Below are positions 25,901 to 39,566 of a DNA stretch of 64,000 bases, piece after piece. Every line of letters starts with the position of its first letter. Within the stretch, counting starts at the first letter, position 1. The notes below the pieces were generated by a model, which worked only from the letters and a program-made list of their open reading frames with translations, had not been told where the DNA came from and did not search any database. This stretch comes from Heptranchias perlo (taxonomy: Eukaryota). The translations under genes and the position numbers were made by a program. The stretch spans positions 35,712,001-35,776,000 of the forward strand of contig NC_090346.1 in NCBI RefSeq assembly GCF_035084215.1. Direction: 5' to 3'.

Positions 25901-26729
25901 TATGAATACTGTACAAAGGCAGAGTGATAACTGACAATGTCTAGTGATGTAGTCTGAGGTAGCTATTGCTATGGCACATTGATGAATTTATTGGCAATCC
26001 ACAAGGGGTGGCATAAATTTGGTCATGGGCCTACTTTGAATGAAGGGTTTGTTTTAAAAAAAAATATTGTTAACATTTAATCGGATCTTTTAATCTGTGC
26101 ACAGCTTTCAATTACTAATGATGATTTACAACCACTCTCACAATGGGTGTTAGGTTTAAAATAAATCAAATGTTCATGTCTAATTGCACGTTCTGATCTC
26201 TGGCAGCAATAATTTTGCATTCAGGAAACCAACTTTGATGCCACACATATTTCTTATTTGCCTCTTGGGAGTTGGAACATATTTGACTTCACATATAAAG
26301 GCCAGCTTTTAGTTTAACCTAAATTTTTATGTCATCTTTAAGTTTGGTGCCTGTAGTTTCTGAATAAAATTGAGCTATTGACTAACAAAGCTGTTGGGAA
26401 GAAATTTGAAATCAGACCCTGAATTGGGGCAGCTTGATGCTCGAAGCTGCTTTTAATCCCGTATTGTCTTATATTTGTTTATTTTTTAGAATAAATGTCA
26501 GTGGTTTTAAGACATTTAGCATAGTGGATGGCAAACGATCGCCTGATGTCTAAACAGGGAAATTAAATTAAAATAAACTGAGAACATTCTGAGAGATTTT
26601 TTCCCTAGCTAAGTGCACAAATATTCATCAGTGGATCATTTTGAAGTGTCAAAAGCTTAATAGTGAAGAAGTAGCTTGTAAAGTTAACCACAGCGGCCTT
26701 TACATTGTAAAAATCTGCCGGGCACTAAA

Positions 26730-27328
26730 GGGCCGATTTTAACTCCTGATGAGAGCAGGTGGCAATCCCATGCAGGAGTCTTCACCGCAGGCCCAGCAGA
26801 TTTTAACTGCTGGGCCCTATTTGAATGCCGGCAGGGAAAGTGGCAGCTGGCGGGGGAGGGGAGGGGGAAGGAGGGACAACGAAGATCAGGCAGCCACCGG
26901 CACAGAGACGGTAACTCCAGGAGGTGGGGGACATTGTGAGGGTCTTGCAGATGGGGGCTGGAGGGGGGTGCAACAGAGGCCCAGACTTCCCTTATGCAGC
27001 CCAGAGGAATACTGCTCCTCCTAGCCCCAATAAGGAAAGTTTTTTAACCTACCTCTCTGGCTTCCCGACAGATTTACTTGGCGAGGGTAGGCATACTCCG
27101 GTGTGGGTTAAAATGCTACCGGGGCCATATGTATGTCCTGGGACCTGGATTTGTATTTATTAATGAGGTTCTTGCCGGAGTCCAATGGGAGCCGAATCTG
27201 CCGATTAAAAATCAACAGCGTTTAAATAGAGAATCAACAGGAAAAGAGCAGGAAATGTAGCTGTTCCATTTTAACTGCTCCTATCCCCCCTTTCTTTCCA
27301 GCCAGGTAGGGAGAGTTAACATTCCCCC
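26730..27328. mobile_element. Non-autonomous DNA transposon/MITE
   Basis: Left GGGCCGATTTTAACTCC; right GAGAGTTAACATTCCCCC (imperfect TIR). The GC-rich interior sits in an AT-rich flank. Confidence 0.6.
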
Positions 27329-27981
27329 TTGAGTATTTATTGCCAAAGGCCGGACCTCATCATTGAAGTTTATGTTTGGCATTTTTCTTTTTCTTCAAAC
27401 TTTTTTAAGGTTAATTTGTTTGCACTGAAATATGGAGGGTTGGCTGTATGGAGGTGTGTTGGGCCATTTTCTGCCACTTTGTCAAATTGTCCTTTTTTTA
27501 AAAAAAAGTCATTCTTATCAATGTGATCCAGTCTTTTCCTGTTAAAATTTCATACCTAATTGACTACAGTATTTAACAAATAGGGAGAGTTTTTTTCCCT
27601 TTGGCCATTTGGTAGCCATCTCAGCTGCTAATTTAATTGAACACAAAATACTGCTGTGCCGCAATATTTTGCAATTGTTCCTTTTCCGAGGATATAAATG
27701 AACGAGCAGACTCCTGCTGTGTTGATACTGGTGCAGATTTATTCTGAATCTCAGGCCATGATGCTAAAATGAAAATGTTACTGTGCCATAATGTAAAAAT
27801 GGAATTTAATTTCATTTATTAATTAACAAATACACATGCATTAGAAAAATCTCTTGATGAGGAAAGCAGCGTGCAGACATCTTTAATTACAGTGCATCTA
27901 CTTTTATTGTGTTTTTTATTTTCCATTTTTAACCCCTTTAGTTAGTTTTATAAGCAGTCAAACAGTTTGGGGAAAAATGGA

Positions 27982-28111
27982 GGGTGAAATTGGTTTTAGC
28001 CAGCAGCGTGAAGCTATGAGCCAATTGGCAACCAAAGGAAAAGAAAACCGAGAGCAGTGTAAGACGGGCTGCCGATTTTGGTGTGAGCACTAGTGAACAC
28101 CAGTTTCACCC
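27982..28111. mobile_element. Short MITE
   Basis: 13-bp TIR GGGTGAAATTGGT / ACCAGTTTCACCC with 1 mismatch. Confidence 0.6.
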
Positions 28112-28249
28112 CACCAAGGAGTCAAATGGTGCTAGAATTTAAAGAGGAGACAAATTTTTTTCTTTAACCTCTTTTAAATAGAAGATTATTGCTCTTATGC
28201 AAATACAGAGAAAAACACTTCTCGTCTTGTAAAGTCAATAAAAGAATGA

Positions 28250-28435
28250 GACTAATTAGAAATTGACAGCAGGTCAGATGGCATCTGTAATAAGAAAAGA
28301 TGGGTTAACATTTCAGGTGAATATCTTTTTTTTGCAGAAGTGTTCTTGAAACTTTAACTTTCTTTTTACAGATGCTGACTGACAAGCTGTGTATTTCCGG
28401 CATTTATTTGCTTTTATTCCAGCATTTGCAGGTTT
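28250..28435. mobile_element. Old fold-back repeat, probably an inverted pseudo-LTR pair from a second PLE family
   Basis: CAGCAGGTCAGATGGCATCTGTAA...TTAACATTTCAG is an imperfect inverted match to TGAAACTTTAAC...TTACAGATGCTGACTGACAAGCTG. A related single arm occurs at about 46255-46345. Confidence 0.5.
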
Positions 28436-29621
28436 TAAGAAAAATTCTGTCTGAAAATGCCCCTAGGGAATCCCCCTATGCAGTGTTGTGTGGTTGCACT
28501 TCAGTTGGGGAGTTTTTATAGATACTTTTATACATTATTTAAACTTTTGCCTTTTTCCCCCTATTTCAAAAAGATTAAGCAACAGAATTCTGTTGAAGAT
28601 TTTGGTTACTTACTTCACAAAGAAAGCTCAAGGTTGTTCCATGGAAGAGTTATTCTATCATTGCCTTATTTGATTTTTTTAAGTGTTTTCAAAGTGTGAT
28701 GAAAATGCTGTACATCTGTGTTGTTTAGATGATGTGTACACTAAAACTGTTTTATTAACTGGACTTCCTCACTACTTCATTACTTTGTTTTCCTTAAAAA
28801 AAACTGAGTAAAAGGAAGCTTGATGTGACAAGTTTCCATTTTGGACCAAATTAATTTTACATTTTACTGCAACTGATTGAGGAACACAATGATGTTCTTG
28901 TTTCTCCAGATTTGAGGAGGAGCCAAATAATTGAACATGAGTGTACCGACCTTAGTGAAAATAATGTTCACCTGGGCTTGAAATACTTCACTTTTATAAA
29001 TGCAATTTAAATGCCTTTCAGTACAAATATGTAATTATTTCATGCAATCATTACATGTATTTTAAGGAAACCTACATATTCAGCTTAGAACCATTGTCTT
29101 CTGTGTTTTTTTATCTTCAGTCCTGTGGGAATCTGCTTTACTTTGCCGTTCTGTGTTGTATTTGTTTGCATGATGCATACTGTGCAATAATATGATGTAA
29201 CTTCTCTAATTATGTTGATTTTTACATATCATCTTTCATTCGTATGATTTAATGGAAAGTAAACTATTTTCATTTCAAATTTCAGTTTGTGTGAAGCAAA
29301 CTTTTTACTTTGGTTTAAATTCTTTTGTATTTGTGCTCATAATGGAGAAAAGACAGTTCCCCATTTCACAATTAGTGATGGTACTGGGCTGCATCAGTTT
29401 GGATATATAACATTTCTAGGATGATACTGACCTATCCTACATTATCCTCGGAAGGCAGAATTACATGTGGTGCAATTTGCCATTATGCACACTTCCAGTA
29501 ATGATACCAGTAACTCTTCAACACATCTAAGCATATTGGGACTGTTATTGTAAGGAGTCTATGAAATGATTGTGCATGACATGCTGTGTTCTATTTAAAT
29601 ATATTGGGTCACCTGATAAAG

Positions 29622-30420
29622 TGGTGTTTTACGACAGAAATCACTGACTAGCCATAGATATGACTACGGCAACACCATTTTAACCACATGCGCTAATTTT
29701 AGTAGAAAACACTTTACACACAATACAGGTAAATATTTACTTAACAAACATCTACCACCGTTCAGTACGAAACTTCGCAGTCTTTCTCTTTCACCAAACT
29801 TTGTAATTTTGGTATGAATTTATCAGACGCAGCACATCTTGGTGCAGCTTCTAGGTTTTTATCCAGCAGTTGCGAGCAGTTCTTTGACTTCTTCAGAGTA
29901 GTGGCTGAGAATGTTGACCCGCACAATGAGATACACCAGACCCGCCTCTGCTCTTCACCCAGTACGTGGTTGGATGCCGCTTGCCCTGTGTCATGACGTG
30001 CCCTATTGGAGTTGCTAGTCATTGGTTGGCCATGCTTGGTTCTGCTGGCCTTGAGCAGTTATTCCGATTGGTCAAGCTGAGCATGGTGACAGCTCCGCTG
30101 TCCATACAATGCTACATATGTTCAGCATTTTCACCCGTGTTACAGACCATTTAGTAGATGACCAATAAACAGTAACCAAGGAAGTAAAGTACACACAACG
30201 GTCAAAAAACACACACACACTCACTGCTTGTTGTTTTACGAACTGCACAAAAAGGTCAAAGTGCATGTGTGTACGCCATGCAAATATGAACATTGAGATC
30301 ACATGCCCAACGACTGTGTCTATTGCTCGTTCTTTACTTACTAATCAAAACTGCAATTAGCCACATCTGGATTCTCAATTAGCCACATTTGGCTGGTGGC
30401 TAATGTATTGGACAACAATG
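29622..30420 (-). mobile_element. Internally deleted hAT-Charlie-type DNA transposon with a transposase C-terminal remnant
   Basis: 8-bp direct repeat TGATAAAG at 29614-29621 and 30421-30428. The right terminus rc CATTGTTGTCCAATACATTAGCCACCAGCCAAATGTGGCTA is MER3/Charlie1-like. The minus ORF end SLCGSTFS...KSKNCSQLLDKNLEAAPRCAAS...PKLQSLVKEKDCEVSY* resembles a hAT dimerisation domain. Confidence 0.75.
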
Positions 30421-33400
30421 TGATAAAGGCTGCTCACACTGTGCCTACATTCACCCATAAATTATTCCTGGTGTGCTGCACTGCCTTGCGATCTTAAGTC
30501 GAGTATGATCTGAGCAGCCCTTCCATAGGGATGCTATGTGAATTATCAGCGTTACAGTTCATGTAGCAGAGAACAGCTCGATATGCTAGAGTTAAATGCC
30601 AAGTTAAAGTAGATTTTTTAACTGTCAACATGTCTACTAGGTATCATTAAACCTGTCAGGAACGACTTTACTGGAGACACTTAATATCCTTGAAGGAAAC
30701 CAAGGTTTTATTTTCATGTTTCTCAGTGAGTGGCACCAGATGAAATGGACCTTGTAACCAGTTTAACTTACTTTATTTAAATACAGATTCTAATAGGTAA
30801 GGTGGGTTGAGTACTATAATCAAAGTCAAAGAAATCATTTTTGTAGATTACTTTATTAGAAAACTATACTTAATGTTATTCTGGAAATGTCTAAGTGTCA
30901 TAAGGCTGATATTTTATGTATTACTTTGATTTGTTAGCTATCTGTTCCATTACTAGACTTGAGATAATTCAGTAATGATAGTTAAAAGACTTAATAATTA
31001 TGTAAGTCTTCCTCATTCATTCAACCTCCATGTGTAAATGAATAGACCATCATCTCAATACAAAAACAATTGAAATTCAGTCCATTTAAATTTGGCACCC
31101 TATTGGTTAGAGTGTAAAATAAAATTAGTCAAACTCTGACATTGCACACAGAAAATCAAGTCATAAAACCACATCCAAAAACCAGCAAAGTTGTATCTTG
31201 AGTTGAACTTATCTCAGAAAATGATGGTGTCAAAATGTGTCTGTCAACCAAACCTGCTCCATTCAGTCTATCAATGATTATCCTAGAATTCCCTCACACA
31301 CCAACTGTTGATAAACTACTTTAGTGATCAACAGGTGCTGTGGGAGAGAATTAAATGTTCTTCAGCAACCTTTCCTGAAAAAGAAAATTGCACAGTGTTG
31401 TTAAATATCTCTCTAAACCTCAATCACACTTCTCGACAGATATTAATCCAGCTTGTTTCCAAAAGTGTCAATTTACCTCAATTCATCTACCTTCTCTGGG
31501 AGTTTCTTTCACATCTCCACTGTCCCCTGGGGGGGTGGGGGGTGGGGGTGGAGGTCTTTTTAGCTCAAGAATTGTGAATTTTGTACAACTGTCCATTAGT
31601 CCTGGTTGTTATCCAAGATAAATAGCTTGTTTACTTCCATCTCTTCTATCCCTTGGATTATTCTGAAGATCTGTATCATGTGAGGTAGTGAAAGGCGCTC
31701 TATAAATGCAAGCTCATTCATAAATTATGTTCAACAAAATAGGTATCAGAATGCATCTTATTCTTCAGCCATCTTAAATTACATAAAAATAGTTAAGGGT
31801 CATTCATGCATGACGTAGGCACATGGGCCAATAGAAAAAGGCAGCTACATACAGTGTAGAGATTTTTTTAATATTAAACATCATTGTCTTGATTGCCTAT
31901 TGTAGGTATAAATGTCCTTGCACATAATTCAGTTCTACTTCTAAAGTTCCCTCCATGCCTTTGTTCTCGTTCTGACTTGCTGTTTTTGTTTTGTTGCGTG
32001 TTAACTTCCTTATAACTCAATCTCTTCTGCTGCTAAACTGAGGTGCGATTGCAGAATAAGATCTATGTGTGCCGCAAGGTGGGTGAAGGAGAAAACCACA
32101 CGATTAATAAAAGAACTTGGGTCTCACTGTAGTTTGATGACTACCTCCTTGTTTGTATGTTGAGGTTGAAGTACAAAGACTTTGGCAGGCTGCAGTCTGT
32201 ACAGCTGATGAGGTAGTTTGGAATATCTATGTGTATACTTTATTTGATGAAATACAAAATAAAACAAGCAGGGCAATATCCTGTGGTGAAATATCAGCAG
32301 TGATGAGTTACAACTTGGAAATGAGAGACCTCATACTGCTCAAACTGAACCATTGCAAACAATTTTATTAAGGAGCAATGTATTGGGGTCATTAGACATT
32401 TGACCATTGATGTTGAGATTATAATATAGTGCAAAGTGGTTCTGGGTAGCTGTGTTACACGTACTTCATTTGTACTCGTTCATTTTTAATAAGATTCTGA
32501 CAGCAGAGTTTTAGGAATTGCTGCTTAATCATTTAAATGAAAAACATAATGAAGTGTAGAACCTGAAAAATTCACTAAACCTTAATTACATTTTAATGTG
32601 TTTTCCTATGAGCAAACAGCAGAATGTCACGTCCGTGTTCTCCATTTTGGCAGCTGTTAAGTTCTTGTTTTGACGATGTGGAGCGATGTGCATTATGAAA
32701 GCAGCTTCAATTTCTGCCAGCTGTAAAGGTCGTGTTTGAACAGTCTTGACCTGTGCAGCCAAAGCATAAAACTGCCCTTAATTTCACATTGGAGTCCAAT
32801 CATGGTCAGAGAAGTCCCAAGAATGAATGGTGTGGGCGATGCAAAAATTTGCACTAGCATATTGCTGTGGCAGAGAAGGTAGAGAGATTTGTTCTGTAGT
32901 TGGCTGTACTTTATCTGACCTGGGAATGCTAGATGCTGCCTGGAATGTAAAGTGTTTGTACCCTAGCACTGACATCTTTTGCTTTGATGAGCTCAAAAAT
33001 TCACCCAAAATATTTTCAGGCTTTCAGTGATGTTATAAGCTTTGCCAGCAGCCCAAACAGGAAGCTCGGGACTCCAGTGTTGAACTCTGCAAATTTATTT
33101 CCCCATAGAATTGGGGGGTGGGGGGAAGAGAGGGGGCAAAAAATCAGCCACTTCTGCATTATACAAAGTGAGGAGAGCCACAAAATGAACTTCAACATGG
33201 TATAAAAGAATCAAATTGCAACCCAGAAAGAGCCACTCCCTTTCCCTCCTGCATCGTTGACTTGTGGACCATGAGAAGGTCAGCCCTGATGTCTAGGATT
33301 CCCAGTCTTGACATTTACCTCCTAGTCATCCAGCTTAACCTGCCTCAGTGTTTATTTAGGTTTCAGTGTCACTCAGGAACAGAAGGGAGGTAGAGATTCT

Positions 33401-34199
33401 AGTTTCTGTTACTTCTAAGTTTATTTTTAATCATTTAATATTTCAGCATCATATAAATGACCTGTTTGCTTTTCTCTGTGAGAGTCTGGGCCATTCTTCC
33501 CGGACGATCCATCTGCCCTTCTATCCCTTGCCCAGATTAACTGGGTCTTGGCGTTCCTGGCCAGCCGCTGGCTCCTCTTGCCCAATGAGAGTAATTTTAT
33601 CCCTCTTTGAACTTTTATAACCCACTTGTTTACATCTCAGGAAGGGTAGTTTTCCTGACTTAAGCAGTTCTTCATGCAGACTTTTCCTCAACTTCTGCTT
33701 ATTCAGGGGGATGCTGTATGTTACTTCCCAGTTCCGAGAGTTTTTTAGATCAAGATCCAGACATTACCTCATGCACGGTCAGAACATTCTGTCTTTTTCC
33801 AACCTACACGTTATTTTCAACTGTGACACATTCTTTCACATTTTTGTTACAGCAACTTCTACACAAAATAAGCATCCAATTTCAGTAGTTTCGACAAGTA
33901 ATTGTTAATACACAATTATTTTGCCCGAATATCTGCTCCAGTCTCTCCAGCTATCCGTTAATAGAAAAAGAAGAGGTGAGTGCTAAATCACTCTGTGCAC
34001 ATGGAAAGCAGATCCTCTGAATACAAATCCTGCTGCGGCAGAAACCCTGACGACCACCACGAGATGACACAGCCCCATCCCCCTCCCCCCCGGTGATGCC
34101 TCTCAAGATGAAGACAACGCTAACACTACCAGGCTGGCTATCGCACATAATGGACCAGGATCAGAAATCAGTAACAAAACCCAGGACTCTACCTACTCC

Positions 34200-34610
34200 A
34201 TTGATGCTGTTGCACCCTGGAACGTAGGGACTCCATCACCACACTTTTAACCCATTTGAGGGCTTCTGTCAGCAATTCAATGTGACCCATTACCACAGTA
34301 GCACCATCATTGCTGCCCTGGTAATCTACCCTAGATGTAGAAAAGACATTTGATGGAGTGGAGTGGAATAATTTACCGATACCACTTCTACATTGGGTAA
34401 ATACGAAAAAAGATAAATATCCTACTGTGCTGTTTTACCTATTCCAGCTGCTAACAGCAATGGTCCAAGCCCAACAATTCTGGACTCTCATATCTCCAAG
34501 TTCCTCTGGGCATACAATAGGCTTCATATCTGCATGAAGCATCTACAGCTACCAAAACAAGAAAGGGGACTTTACCTCTCAAACCTCAGACATTATTATG
34601 GGGTGACCCA
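34200..34610 (+). mobile_element. Ancient L1-clade ORF2 remnant
   Basis: CTAGATGTAGAAAAGACATTTGATGGAGTGGAGTGG encodes LDVEKTFDGVEW (LDAEKAFDRVEW-like). Further on, LDSHISKFLWAYNRLHICMKHLQLPKQERGLYLSNLRHYY resembles the L1 FIW...GGL.LP...YY motif. Confidence 0.7.
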
Positions 34611-35933
34611 GATCCAAGGGAATGTGGCCTGATCCCTGACCTTCCATGGCTTGAAATCCAGTAATCCAGAGGCCTGGACTAATAATCCACAGAACGTGAG
34701 TTCAAATCCCAGCAATGCCCACATCCTGAGAATGAATAAAATTTTAAAAAACAAATTGGCAGTCTAGGAAATTATTCCATTCTCATCTAATGAGAACAAG
34801 AAATCACTGAAAAATGTGAACTTTAAAATAAGCATCAAGGAATCTTTTGATATACAAATTTTGGTGTCATAGAAATTTAGATCTGTTCAATCTATTTTGA
34901 TTTTTGCAATGTGTACATTTTATGAATATTTTGTCAGACCTTGGGGCTTGTTGCTCAATTTGAATGAGGTGGCCTGATTGTTGCATCTGTTCTTTGTTTT
35001 TTTTCCACACAGTGGTGTTGCAATGTTTTAATTTGGTTTGAGTTTCGCAGTATGGAGCTCTCATTGCATCTACAGAAAAACACAACCTACATAGCTACTT
35101 ATTGCTAACAAGGTGAATCTTAATGAGAAAATATTGATTTAAAAGTTGTTTTGTCACTTGGGGAAACTTCCACTGAGGCTGTACTTTTGAAAATACCTGT
35201 GTCGTAAAGCTGGATTAATTTATGTTGAGGGACTGTCTGAAATCTGACTGACTGGTCTAAGAACTTTTCCCTTGTTGTTTTCATAAGAATTATTCACAAT
35301 TTAATTATATTGTTCAAAATGAATACTGTGTTATGAGTGATGATGCAATTAGAGCATTGTGTGGCCAGTAATGTAGTTGCACATACAATTTTACAAACAC
35401 AAATGGTGACCCTTTAAATGTACAAAGCAGTTCCCTCATGATACAATTCAGAAAACTGAACAAAGCTCCTTCTGCATTCTTCTCCAGTTCCAGTATAAAT
35501 CTCTTAATAGTTGTATAAAACAATAAAGACATTATAACAGAACAACCAAAATCTAAGTATAGACTTGGCTCTGTAAAAAAGGTTGTGTGAACAATGGATC
35601 CGAAAAAATAGAATCAGTGTCAGAAATCTGAATGAGATAACTTACAATTTCCAAAAGATTTGGCAAGAACGCTTGATAACAGAAGTCCTATTTATTTTTT
35701 AGCCATCTGTGTTGATTTTATGTCAGCTTTCCAAATTATCTTTAGAAATTGTATTATTTGTGCTTTTTAAATCTCCCCCCTCCTGAACTGCCTTTTTCAT
35801 GAATCTGATGAATCTTCTACTACTACCAGTAGCAGTAAACCCCTTTGCCCAACCAGCCATTTGTGATGTATGTGCCTGCTTAGTGAATTTTAATGGGCTA
35901 TTGTGTCAGAGGGCCATCACAACAGAGTCCGGT

Positions 35934-36087
35934 CATAAGAAATAGGAGCAGGAGTAGGCCAATCGGCCCCTCGAGCCTGCTCCGCCATTCAATAAGATCA
36001 TGGCTGATCTGATCCTAACCTCAAATCTAAATTCATGTCCAATTTCCTGCCCGCACCCCGTAACCCCTAATTCCCTTTACTTCTAGA
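35934..36087 (-). mobile_element. CR1 3' UTR fragment
   Basis: CATAAGAAATAGGAGCAGGAGTAGGCCAATCGGCCCCTCGAG matches the tail of the element at 12515. Confidence 0.85.
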
Positions 36088-37074
36088 AGTCCTGGTCCTT
36101 ACACACCTCCAGCAAGGGTCACTAGTTAATTCATGTTTCTCCTCCCTAACCTGAGACAAGGTCAATTGTAGCACTCCACTGCCACCTGAGATCAGCTAAT
36201 ACACCAGAGACCACAAATCGAACTAGGGATCTTTCAGGCCAGCACGGCTCTGTATTACACAGTATAATTACCAATTGAGGCACTGGGGGTTATATTCTGT
36301 TTTTCTAATTATATTTTCACACAGGACATTTTACGATGCCAAGGCTAGGGTGACCATGTCTATACATTGACTTTAGCAGTTTTATTTCATAAATTTAAAA
36401 TATAAATTGTATGCAATCAGAACATTAATGGGCTACAATCCCTGAATCATCAGAGCTTTTAACTACATTCCCTAATGCTTCATTAATTATTAGGAGTGGT
36501 TTGCTATCCTAACTGTTGGTATGAAGAACAAGCTGATAGAATTGGATCCATACAAATTCATGTCTATAATATGTAATAATAAAGGCCTCAAAACACATAA
36601 TCAGTGAGAATGGTGAATAAAAACCTCTACCTACCATGGTGCAAATTAAAAAGTGCAAAACTATGTACAGCAGCTCGAATGTTGTTATTTCAGTCCAGAT
36701 TCTAATCCATAAATCCACACCAATGGTTGCAAACATTTTGATTTACAACAATGACCCAGGATCCAAAATGGCAGCCCCAGACATAAAAATGTTAAAGGCC
36801 GCCAGGAACGAGTCACAGTTGTGTTTGACTAAAACTTTAACAGTTTAAAAAATCTGGTCAAAAAATGAAGCCTTAAAAAGGCAGTTGCATCTGTAAAAAC
36901 TGAGCGCAAAATAAAGGGAGACAGAAAAAGTACATGCAGTCACAAATCTTCATGGTCATTCATAGTCACTTTCATTTGAATATCATATGCAATTAATAAC
37001 CTAATTCATATGCTGCAAAATGCTGCATATAGTCAGAACATTTGCTTCTTACCTACATGCTTCTTACCTACATG

Positions 37075-37560
37075 CATAACATGGATGACACCAAAATAGG
37101 GAGGGGGAAAAGGGACATGATCTAGTTAATATTTTACAGAAGGATTTAGATCTATAATCAATTGAGCAGACAAATGAAATTTCATATCAGCATATACAAA
37201 TTATTGCATATGGGAGAAAAATGTAGCTGAATAGGTATCCAATGAAGGGATAGAATTAGCACAGGAGACTTTGAAAGAGATCTGGGAGTAGGCTTGTCAC
37301 TTTCAATTTTGAGAATGTGGATAAGCATTTAAAAAACAAAGAGAATGTTGATTGGGATATGTAGCCAGAACAGTGGAGAATCTACTAGTCGTGGTGACGT
37401 TTTGTAGTCGATTGGTGAGAACATACTTCATGTACGGTATACAAATTTCAAAAAGGGACATAAATGTATCGGAGATGATGCAAAGAGTAGCAACAATGAT
37501 CTCATGAGTAAAGAGCTTAAGCTATAAAGAAAGATCACCTTAAGCTCTATACTCCAGAAA
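37075..37560 (+). mobile_element. Very decayed CR1 RT fragment
   Basis: GATGACACCAAAATAGGG (DDTKIG), ATTTTACAGAAGGATTTAGAT (ILQKDLD) and GAAAGAGATCTGGGAGTA (ERDLGV). Confidence 0.65.
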
Positions 37561-37755
37561 GAGTAAAGGAACATAAACAACGTTCCCTTACATATCTTAG
37601 CATCTGAATATATAGGAGACCAGTGTATTCTTCTAAAGAGTCCAGCAGTGATGCACTCCACTAACAATTCCATGTGAAAGCTGACACATTTGTATGCAAG
37701 TCATTTGTACCTGAGGGACATAGTATACCCATGAAACACAAGACACATTAATCCT

Positions 37756-38345
37756 TGTCAGCTGTGGCTCAGTGGTAGTACTCTCTCAGTCAGAAGGCTA
37801 CAGGTTCAAGTCCTACTCCAGAGACTTGAGCACATAATCTATGCTGACACTCCAGTGCAGTACTGAGGAGTGGACATAAAAGATCCCATGGCACTAATCG
37901 AAGAAGAGTAGGGGAGTTCGCCCCGTGTCCTGGCCAACATTTATCCCTCAACCAACACCTAAAACCGTGATCATAGTATCATTGTAGGTCCAGCACATGG
38001 TGGGGGGGGGGGGGGCATTATTCGGCCCTTTGTGTCTGTGCCAGCTCTTTGAAAGAGCTATCCATCTAGTCCCATTCCTCTGCTCTTTCCCCAGAGCCCT
38101 GTAAATTTTTTGCCTTCAAGTATTTATCCAATTCCCTTTTGAAAGTTACTATTGAATCTGCTTCCACCACCCTTTCAGGCTCTGGTCATTTATTTTATTA
38201 CTATTTGTGGGACCTTGCTGTGCACAAATTGGCTGTCGTGTTTCCTACAGTACAACAGTGACTACACTTCAAAAGTACTTCATTGGTTGTAAAGTGCTTT
38301 GGGTTGTCCTGAGGTTGTGAAAGGTGCTATATAAATGCAAGTCAG
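37756..38345 (+). mobile_element. Deu-domain SINE interrupted by an antisense CR1 3' fragment (about 37970-38180)
   Basis: SINE head at 37756 and core AAAGATCCCATGGCAC. The SINE resumes at TCTGGTCATT (38181). The insert is the reverse complement of a CR1 3' end. Confidence 0.8.
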
Positions 38346-39444
38346 TCTTTCTTTTCTCTTTCTTAACCTGCTCTATGTGAGTACATGGTGACCATACAGT
38401 TTACCCAGTTAATACCCAGTACGTAGAGGAACTGAGCCAGAGAAGTAACATGAGCCACTGGGGCTCGAGTGTATCACAGAGTAGATGATGATTAATTTGA
38501 CAACTCTGTTCAGAGAAGAGCCAGGAAGAGAGCCAACTCATTCAGAAAGTCTAGGGGAAAGAAACATTAAAAATATATGAAATATACATTTAAAATCATT
38601 GGCGTTCCTTTACTTTACTCTTCGATGCTTTATGATTTATTTTTGATAGTAAATCAAAGCATCTGGAGATGGGCCATAAATGCCGGCCTTGCCAGCGACG
38701 TGCCCACATCTTGAGAATTAATTTTTAAAAATAAGGATTAAACACAATGAAATTGAGTTTAGGAGGAAAAAAAGTTACATTTTTTTTGGCTGTTGCCTTA
38801 TTTGGGTAAATTTATGCATTGCCGCTATATTCCTACATGAATATCTCAAATTCAGGTTCAAAGTTATTTTAATTTCAGTTTTAAATTAATATCACTGTTT
38901 ATTGTTTTATGAGTTGATGTCACGTTTCATTGGTCCCACAGAATTTTACTCAGATCTTAAAGTAAATATAGAACAGCCTGTACGTGGGTAGGTGGGAGAG
39001 ATTATACAGCTGTAATCTAATTAATCGGATCATGTCCCAGATAATAAAAGTGGAGCTGAGGCGCATTGTTTTTTTTCCCTGACGCCTCTCAAATGCCTTG
39101 GGATGTTTTTCTAGGTTAATGGCGCTACATAAATGCGTGTTTTTATTGTTGTGGCTGTCCTCTGATTGCCGGGGCTAAATGATAGTCTTAGAATCACTTT
39201 CCGACATCGGTGCTACATTCTGCAACTTTCTGATTTGTCTTTAAATTTGAGAATCTCCATTGTTGTTATGCAGTGCTGTTTTGTTTTTGCAAATCTCGGG
39301 TGGGTTTCTATGCCGAAGATGACAGTAAAAGGTAACACTGAATGACATGCACAAAGGGTATAACAAGTGTACTGGGCCTCAATGCTGCCAAGTTTGCAAA
39401 GAAATATTTTGCAGTTGATTTCAGGGAAGCTCTGTCCAGTGTAC

Positions 39445-39532
39445 ATAGAATCAAGGAATTTTTTTTAGCAGAGAAGGTGGCCATTCAGCCCATTGAGCCT
39501 GTCTCAGCTATTTGAAAGAGCTATCCATTTAG
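39445..39532 (-). mobile_element. Older CR1 3' tail; its continuation appears at about 41860-41900
   Basis: GAAAGAGCTATCCATTTAG | TCCCATTATCCTGCCC reconstitutes the sequence seen intact at 38051-38090 (GAAAGAGCTATCCATCTAGTCCCATTCCTCTGC). Confidence 0.65.
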
Positions 39533-39566
39533 ACAAATCAGAAAGTTGCAGAATATAGCACCATCC

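Noticed and set aside
37043-37075. 15-bp tandem duplication TGCTTCTTACCTACA
   Set aside because: This is an ordinary slippage-scale duplication next to a decayed LINE.
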